Virus record (IMG/VR): IMGVR_UViG_3300028840_001395
Span: 310,001 to 374,000 of that record
DNA: 64,000 nt
Strand: one strand, 5' to 3'
The position numbers and the translations under genes were made by a program. This document shows positions 47,531 to 56,500 of the stretch, piece after piece; position 1 is the first letter of the stretch, and each line of letters starts with the position of its first letter. The notes beneath the pieces are model-generated. The model searched no databases, was not told the origin of the DNA, and worked only from the letters and a program-made list of their open reading frames with translations.

Positions 47531-50500
47531 TCGCCAATTCCCTCAATCGAGTCTTCAAGGAGGAGCAGACGCTTCTGCTCCTCCAGGCGCTCGGGAAGTT
47601 CCTCATCAAACCGCACGATGGACGCCAGAGTGCCCAGCTTCACATGGGTACGGTAGGCCAGCCACACGAAGCGGATGGGCCGGAAGCGGTCTCGGGTGTC
47701 GAGCACCTCGTCCACCCGCTCGGGCAGCACGGGGCGCACCACCCCTCCTGTAGAGAAATCGGTATAGGCCGTGTAGGCAGTATCACCGGGGCTGATCCTG
47801 ACCATCTTCAGCGTCGGGTCAGCGGGGTCGGGCTTCAGGAAGTCAAGCCGCCAGTCCTGAATCCAGAATCGACGGTCGAGCAAGGACAGGCAGCTCTCGT
47901 TGTTGATGTAGGGCACCACGTCCAGGCGTCCCAGGATGGACGTGATGTAGTCGTTGGACAGCAGACCCAGACCGGCCTGTGGGTTGGTCGTGTTGCCCAG
48001 GTCGCTGATGTGCTCATCCCGCTGGAAGATGAAGTAGCTGCCGCTCTTGTAGCCCGAGATCACCGCCCGGATCATCTCAATCCACGAGAGCATCCTCTCC
48101 CTGGTCGAGAGCACCAGGTCGATAGTCTCGTCTGTGAACAGCCCGGAAGCCCGGATGACCCGGTAGCCGAAGGGCCGGATGGAGTAGTACTGAAGGTGGT
48201 TTGTCGGGTAGTTCGAGAACGTCCCGTTCGCCGCCCGCTCGTAGGTCGGGCGTAGATCCATCTGGCCCTCGTCCGCGTCCTGTCCGAAGTAGTCCCGAAG
48301 CTGCGAATCATGGATGGTCGGATACACGGCGTACTCGTAGGCATCTGTCGGGGGTGTCCCGAAGATCACGTCATTGTCCACGTCACCCGTGAATGTCGTC
48401 ACCGGGTCCACTTCCAGGTAGGGCGGGTTGCTCGCATCCGCCAGACTGGTGACCCGATAGAAGCCCCGGTTGTCATCCAGGTCGTCAGGAGTCCCCGCCG
48501 TGTAGATGTTATTGGGGGGCGGGGGGCCAGGACGACTGGCCACACCGTCATCTCCGATAGGCCGGGCTCCCTGCTCCTGAGTCGAGGGCAGGCCACTCTT
48601 CCTCGGAATCTTGCCCACCGGGTCAACGATCACGATGTCACCCGGCTGGATACCCAAAGCACTGAACGGCTGGTCAGGAGTCGGGGCATGGAGGTCGTCC
48701 ATGAGTCGGTTGGCGACATCTCCCCAGTCCGGTGTCGGGGCACCCTCCATGTCCGGAACATGACCACCGAGTTCGCCTGCCACGTCGCCCCAGGTGGGGA
48801 ACGTGCGATGCACCACTCGGTCGGTGATGAGTTCGAGAAGCTGCTCGTTCGACTGCTCATGTGGGACAGGAGGCCGCCGGAGGTAGATCTCGAACCGCAT
48901 CCCGCCATCCGGGTTGCCACTCTCGGTCATCTCCGCGACCGTGTACTTGGTCAGGCCCGGCGCAGCCAGGAGAATCTCCCGGTCGCTCAAGATGCTTTCG
49001 ATCTGGGCCTCGTCCACCAGGTCACCGAACTCATCGAGCAATCGAAGCTGGTCGCCTGCGTTGACGTTCACATCCTCGTCGTTGAACGGACCGAGGTTCG
49101 TGCCCGTGTAGGTGTAGCCGTCGTTCCAGGGGTCAGCCTGATGCGGGGTGTGGGAGTCGTCCCAGTTCATCACGAAGTCGTTGGCTGTCAGGATTCCGCC
49201 CTGCTTGGCCGTGACCAAGTAGTTCTTGATGCGTCCTCGCCGGATCTCATAGGCATAGCGGAGAGGCTTGAGGTTCGAGTCGGCCTCCTCCTGAATCTCG
49301 TGCCACCTGCGGATACGTCGAACCTCGTAGTTGACCTGCTCGGGCTGATTGAGGAATCCAGGCGTGATGTTGTAGCTCCAGGCGTCCCGCATCCCCACCT
49401 GACGGTCTTCATCAACAAGGGGCTGGGGGTCGGGCAAGCTGTGGGACGTGTCCACCACCTTGGCATCGCTGTTCGCCAGGTCGAGGGTGGGCCGGGGCAC
49501 CGAGGGCTCCAGGAAGATGCCCGCCTGGGCGTAGTGGCCGGGTGCAAAAGGAGGCCCGATGGAGAGTGGAACGCTATCCCGGATCTCCAGGGAGGTGCCC
49601 GGCAAAATGCACTTGAGCTGTGTTCCGTTGAAGCCGTTGAGGTTCCGCCAGCTCGGAGAGGGTGCCGCAGCACCCACGGTCGGAATGGAGTCCAATCGAA
49701 TGGTGTGAACCACGTAGTCATAGACTGGCGCAAGCTCATCGTTCTCGAAGATCCAGGGTGTCGGCGGGTTGTCTGTCTCAATCCCCAGATGAGGCGGCGT
49801 AGGGGCGACCGGGTAGGGGGCGACGTTGAGTTCGATCTCGCTCGGCCCAGCCGAGGCATCCCAGAAAATACCCGTGCCCGCGTTCAAGGCAGGCTGGAAC
49901 GTCACATACTTGAACCCTGCGACGCTTCCCACTCCAGAGGGGTCGTGCCAGCCCACCGTGTTGTTGTCTGGCAGCCCGTAGGACTCGCCGGACACGTTCA
50001 CAGGCAGGAACATCATCCCCGACACCTGGTAGGGCTTGTCTGTGATGAGGGCCTTAAACTCATCGGGCGTCATGCCGGTAACGGTGCCATCCGAATATCG
50101 GACGGCGGTTAGTCCCTCGATGACAAGCCGTTCGCCATCGAGAGAAAGACCCGTGTAATTAGCCATGATCACAGCCCGGCGGCGGGTCTCCAGGTCGCTG
50201 CTGTTGAGGTCATTCACGCTACGGATGATGTACACCCGCTCGCCCGCTATCGCCGGGAGGAAACCCGTGGTCGTGCCTCCTACCGGAGTGCCGCCCCTTG
50301 CGGGAGCCGGGTCAGAAAGGGTCAGGTTCCGGGTGGCCGTATCGAAGTCCACCACGGTCGGGAAGTGAATAGGACACCACCCCGACTCCGAGCCCGCCAA
50401 CGTCACGGGTGCGTCACCACCCGAGTCCTGGGAGATCCGATAGTCCGAGTGGAGCCCGAAGTTATCGGACTCCACGACATGCCGGACAACGTAGGTGCCC

Positions 50501-53500
50501 GCCTTGGTCGAGGCCAGATGATTACCACCTGGGTTCGACTCAACCACCAGAATGTCCCCCGACTCGATGTTCTCCAAGAGCCCGTTGGTGGGAGCAACCG
50601 AGATGATCACCCGGTTGTCCACCAGGAGGGGGTCATACGGACCCGCAATGATGTCCGGGTTGTACTGACTCGCCATTCCACCAGCACCTCGGCAGATACG
50701 CCCGCCAGAGAAGCGTTCGTCGGAAGGAATGGCCGAGAAGGTCACGTCGTCGGACGTGGTGATCTCGGTGTTGTTCCAGCCCTCGAAGGCCATCGCCTTG
50801 ATTGTCCCCTGCTCGTAGTCCAGCAAGAGATCGGTCTTCCTCTGCCAGTCGCCGGGGGTGCTCCCTACCGTTCGGGTCTTGAACGTGAACGGGTTGGGGA
50901 TGACCCCAGTGAAACCATTGGCTGTGGCGTTGACCCAGCTCTGAATCGCTCCGACCGAAGGGTGGTTCATCGTCACCAGGGTCACGACGAGCCCAGCTTC
51001 AAGCTGCAACTGGGTGTAGGGTGGAGGTGGAGGGCCTCCCGAGTAGGGATAGACCGTCCCACGCTCCTGAGCCATCCGCAGGTCAAACACCTCATGGAAA
51101 GTGAGCCGGTCGTTGTCCACCCAGGCCGTGTCCGACTCCCCGGTGGCCGCATTGAAGGTGTCGATGTCGAAGGTGAACTCGAAGCCGTAGTTCATCGTGT
51201 AGGTCGGGCCTGCCGTCACCGTATGCGGAAGGAACCACTCGGCTGTCGTGCCCGGACCAGGCCCCCAAGGAATCATCCCGATCTGCGGGATGATGATCTC
51301 CTTGTTGTCGAGTACAGCCTCCGCAGGTGGCCCGTTCACCGGAACCGGCCACTTCGTCCCGAAGGCCACATCGAATCCAGGGATGAGCGCGAACGGCCCG
51401 TAGATATTCCCCTGATAGTCCGTCAGGGTGATGGAGCCACCCTGAATCTGGATGGTCAAGGCCACCACCCCACCCGAAACGCTGGGCAGCGGGTTGCCTC
51501 CCAGCGGCCCATTCAAGATGGCGGGGTCGAGCCTGGAGATGAGCTTGATGGTGATGATGTTGTTGGACTTCGGCCCTATCAAGCTCCAGATCCGGTTCAG
51601 ATTCCCTGTGGGAGTGCCTCCAGGGCTGGGGCCATACACAGGAACCGGAGTGAACCCGTCATTGAGGGCGAACTGGCCCAGCGAACTGAAGTCGAGACGG
51701 GTGATGTTGTTGGCCTGATCCTCGATGATCTGCACACCGGGGCTGGCAGGCGGTCCGGAGTCGGCAGGAGCCCCGTCCGCATAGGACATGGCATTCGTGA
51801 ATATGTAGCTGACCGGCGAAGGGGTCACCGGGACGCCACCAGGTGGCGGCGGTGTCGTCTGAGTGATGAAACGAGGCGGCTCGAACTTCGACCCCGCCGG
51901 AGGCGGAGTCAGAGTGTCAATCTCCCCGATAGACTGGATGCCCATCGGGCCTACCGTCGTTGCAGGGCCACCCGAGACCTCGAACTTGCTTGCACTCGCC
52001 TCGGCGGCCTGGATGAGAAGCAAGTCGTAACGCTTGATGTCCCCGATACCAGGCTCAGTGATACCGTGGAGCCTGGGCTCCGCGTCCTCGTCCGTGAGGA
52101 GAGAAGCCGGAGTTGCAAAGCCCGGCGGCTGGGCTGGCCCTAGAACCGCACCGTCCGTCCCCAAGATCTCATCGGGATAGATGTATCCGCCCAAATCGTC
52201 CACCTCGGTCATCACGGGCGAGATACCGATCATCGCCTCATCGAAGCGATCAAGCTCGGTGTTGGCAGCCTTGATGTAGGGGATCTGGTAGTCCCCGGAA
52301 TCATCCACAACCTCGCCCCGCAACGCCGGGAACTGGAATGGGTTCAGGCCGTCGTAGTAGAACCGGACATCCGCTTCCAGGTAAGAAAGCGGGTCCGGCG
52401 GATGCTGCCCGAAGATCTCCTTGATGCCGAAAAGCGAAGGGTCGTAGAAGGACGGCCAGGTCTTGTCCACCACCCGACCGCTGCCCGTGACCCTCACATC
52501 GTAGCCCGTCCGGTAGTCATCGAGGCCCTGAGCCAGTTCGATGATGTCGTCCTGAGTCGCAGCGTTGCTCGTCCCTCCCGCGATAGGCGCATCGAGGCTC
52601 TTGAGCGGAGGCCCTGCGAAGATGGTGTCGTGAGTCTCCACCGGGAAGTCCGCGAACGGGATGCCGACATCCGTTCCCGTTCCTACGAGGATGTCGTTCG
52701 GGTTCGTGATGGGTGCCTTGGGCGGCACGACCCCAAGCCCCTGGGGGGACTGGAAGCGAATGACACAGCCATAGCTGATGTCATAGACCTGCAACCCCAG
52801 AAACGTCCATGTCGGGTCGAAGGGGTTTGCGAGAATCTTGCGGTTCCAGAACGCATCGTAGGTCGTCCCGTCCGGCTTCCCCAGAGAGACCTCATCCCCC
52901 CTCTCAAAGCCAGGTACGACCAACTCGGGATCACCAGCCACAGCGTCCGGGAGCCATGCCTCCGAGTTGGAGAGCCCGAAGCCCTGCGAGATGAGCTGTG
53001 AGTCGTCCGGGAACCCTGTCCCCGGATCGATAGGGATGTCCCTCAAGAGAGCCGGAACCGCGATGAGGCATGGCTCGGTGATGGACGGGTCTGCTCCGCC
53101 GGGCTCCGTTCCTCCCTGGAAGGAGAAGTCAGGGATGCCGTTCGGGAAGTATCCCCAGATGCGAGCCCGTGCCCGGCGACGCGACAGCTTGACGTTCGAC
53201 ACCCGCCGGTCGATGTCCCCCAGCGCCGGGTTCCAGAGCTGTCCAATGGTCTTGCCCGTCGTGCGCTTCTTGTCCCCGAAGAAGATGGCCCCATAGGTGT
53301 AGCGGCCAGCACTCCAGGCATCCGGATCCTCTGTCTCCTGGTTGCCCCCGACGCCGGGGTACGACATGAAGAAGGCCCGAGTCTCGGTCGGGAAGATGCG
53401 GGAGAACCGGCTCCGCTGATAGAGGGTGCGGAAGCGGCCCTTGACCTTGTAGTAGAAGAACGGGTAGCGCAGCTTGAAGAACAGCTTGGGCCTCGCCAGG

Positions 53501-56500
53501 CTGGTCATCACCATGTCGTCCACGTCGTTCTTGATGAGCGGACGCTGCTGTTCCAGAAGGCGTCCCACACGATCAGGGTTGGGGAAGGAGCCCTCCACCA
53601 CCCCGCCGTCGAGGTCTTGCGAGCCCGGCCTGACAATCCAGTCCGTGGTCAGGTAGAACAGCTCGGCTCCAGGGTCGGCCTGATTGAACACCTCTGACCA
53701 GATGTTCCGCCGCGTCAGGTCACCCGAGATGTCGTCCTCGTAGCCCGGAGTCGGGTAGTCCTTCCCCCGACCGACCCAGAATCGGAACTTGCCATCCCGG
53801 TCACCGATGAAGCCACCGGAGATGGTCTCGTTGATCTGCTCGAAGGACACGATGGATGAGTTGTAGAAGTCGAGGAACGCCCGTGCCGCCCGATCCTGAT
53901 CCTCCAGGGCACTGCGCTCCGACTTGAGCCCGATGCGACCCTGCTCCCAGTTCTCCTGGCCAGGGCCAGAGGTCAGGATGGCCCCGCCAGCGGGCTCCTG
54001 GCTCCGGATGTCCTCGATAGCATCCTGGGCCGCTTCGACCAGGAACTCCGGCATCGAGACCGCCCGGTAGTAGAAGCTGTCCGGGTTGCGGAAGGTGAAC
54101 GTCCCTGTGAGCTGAGCGTTGAGGAAGCCGTTGTCGTCGCTCGGGGCGATGTTGTAGAGGTAGCTCGCCGCATAGCGCGGGAAAGACACCGTGCCGCCGT
54201 CCCAGAAGGGCTGAAGCACCCGGAGCCGGGTGAAGGTGAAAACGAGCTTCTGGGTGGGCTCCAGGGGCTCCTGGAGGGGTTCCAGGAGCGTGATGGCACC
54301 CGTGTCCGGGTCGAGGGTGTATTCGACCCCCTCGATGAGCGTCCGGCCCGGCAGTTCGTTGCCTGCGGTGTCCGTCTCCCCGTAGAGGATCAACTCGTAG
54401 GGTTCATCGATGACCAGCGGCCCAACACCATTGAACTCGAAGCTCTGTGGAGCGTAGATGGGCCGGTAGGTCAACTTGATGGTCGTGGCTTCCTCGACCG
54501 AGTAGCCCGTCTTGAACTGGTTGGTGACGGTGATCTTGGTTCGGGTGCCGTCATCGGTCAACTCGGCCTGGCCGATGGTGTGAGGCTCCCCGCCCACCTC
54601 GATGATGTGCCCCGGCTGGGCGAACGCCAGGAGGTTGCCGAGGAAGATGACCTCCATCTGTCCCCGGTTGATAGGCTCGAATGGGAAGTCCGTGAGGTCG
54701 ATGGCCGACATGAGCCCCGCAGCGGCACTGGTCGGGATAGGGCTCGACCCATCCGGGTCGATGACAGACGTGATCGGCAGGTTGGACACCGCGCTGATCG
54801 AGTCGTTGCCCGGTGACCGACTACCGACTTCCGTGACAGTCGAGGGGAAGATATTGACCGCCGTGACATCCCCGGTGCCTTCGTCATTCTGGGGGTAGTA
54901 CTTGGTGCTCTCGATGTAGAATGTCTCGTTGTCCACCCGGAGAATCTGCCCCGGCTGGAACTCATCGGCTCGGTCTCCTCGAAGGCCGAAGCGGGACTGG
55001 CCCGCCTCGATGAAGAACGGGGGCCGATAGAGAGGCTTGGTGCTCGCGTCATAGGCCCGCTCGCCCCCGATGGCTTCAAGGACAGCGTAGGACACCTGGA
55101 CGGTCACATGGTCAGGGATTTCCCTGGTGAATGAGAGCCTTCCCTGACCGTTGAGGTAATCCGGGTAGTCGAGGATGTAGTCCAGGGCGTTGTAGTTCTG
55201 CATCACCGCGCCGATGTACACGAGGGGCTCGATGCGCTGATCGATGGTGCGCCGAGGATCGACGTTGAAGTAGAACACGCTGGGGGACACAGCATCTTCG
55301 TCCCGAACCGCCTCCTCGTCCTGGATGTACACCGGAAGGAACTCGGTGATCTGGTCGCCAACCTTGCGACCTTCCAGGTCAGCCGCCCAGTAGGACACCT
55401 CCACGGTCGAGTTCTCGGACACGGGCTGGTTGAAGGCGAACGACCCCAGAAGCGGGTTGATAGCCACGTCCTCCCGCTCCTCGGTGATCATGCGCTCCAC
55501 GAAGTAGGCCGTCGTGGAACCCCCGAAGGTACTGATCTCGGTCGCGGAGAAGTTGAGCCGACCGTTCGTGGGGTCATACTCAACCGTCAGAGCGGCCAGA
55601 TCCGCCGGAGGCTGGAACGCCTGGGCATAGTGAACCACCGAGGACTCGTAGTTGACCAGGAGGTTCGAGCCGAACTTGAGCCGACCGATGGGGTTCACCA
55701 CACCATCGATGGTCGCCTCCTGGGTCAGATACTCAATGCCGTCACCACCACCCGGATTCGAGCTGAAAGTCGTCACACCCTTGAGGAGCACACCATCATT
55801 CTCGAATACCGTGGTGCCGATCTTGATGGAGAAGGAGCCCGTCGTGAACCGCTGCGAGTCCGTCTCCGGCACATCCAGGGCGTTGTTCGCCAGGGTGCCA
55901 AGCTCCGTCTGAGTCAGAGCGATCATCGAAGCCGTGTTCGCCGCCGTGGCTGCCACAAGCCCGAAGCGGATACCGATGGGCCGGTTGCTCGCCAGGGCCT
56001 TCTCCATGTAGGCGAACAGCCGAGAGTTCTCCTGAGCAGTAGAACTCTCGGGCACCGTACCCACGGGCGACAACAGAAAGACCTCGAAGGGCTCTGATTG
56101 CAGGTGGTTGAACGTCTTGTAGGACATATCAGCCACGATGGACGGGTCGTACACGTCCTCGGTGACGCCCTCATACAGTTCCCAGGTGACCAATCGCTCG
56201 GGTGTCCCGGTCGGTGTGGGAGAGATCCTGATATTCTGGGCGTCCACCACCTCCTGCACGACGTAGGAGCCTGCCACGGGCTCTCCGCCGGACAGCACCT
56301 TGAGCCGGTAACCGGGCTCGGCCTGGGTGAAGTCGGTGTCGGTGGAGTCGTCGGAGAAGGTGTCACTCCCCTCCGTGATGACACCTCGGGCACCCGAAGA
56401 GACCACCGACCCCAGCTTCTCGACCAGAACCGCGATGCCCGGAATCCCGTTCTCGGGAAGCAGGTAGTCGGTGTCCTGTGTCTGGAACTCGGCAGAACCA

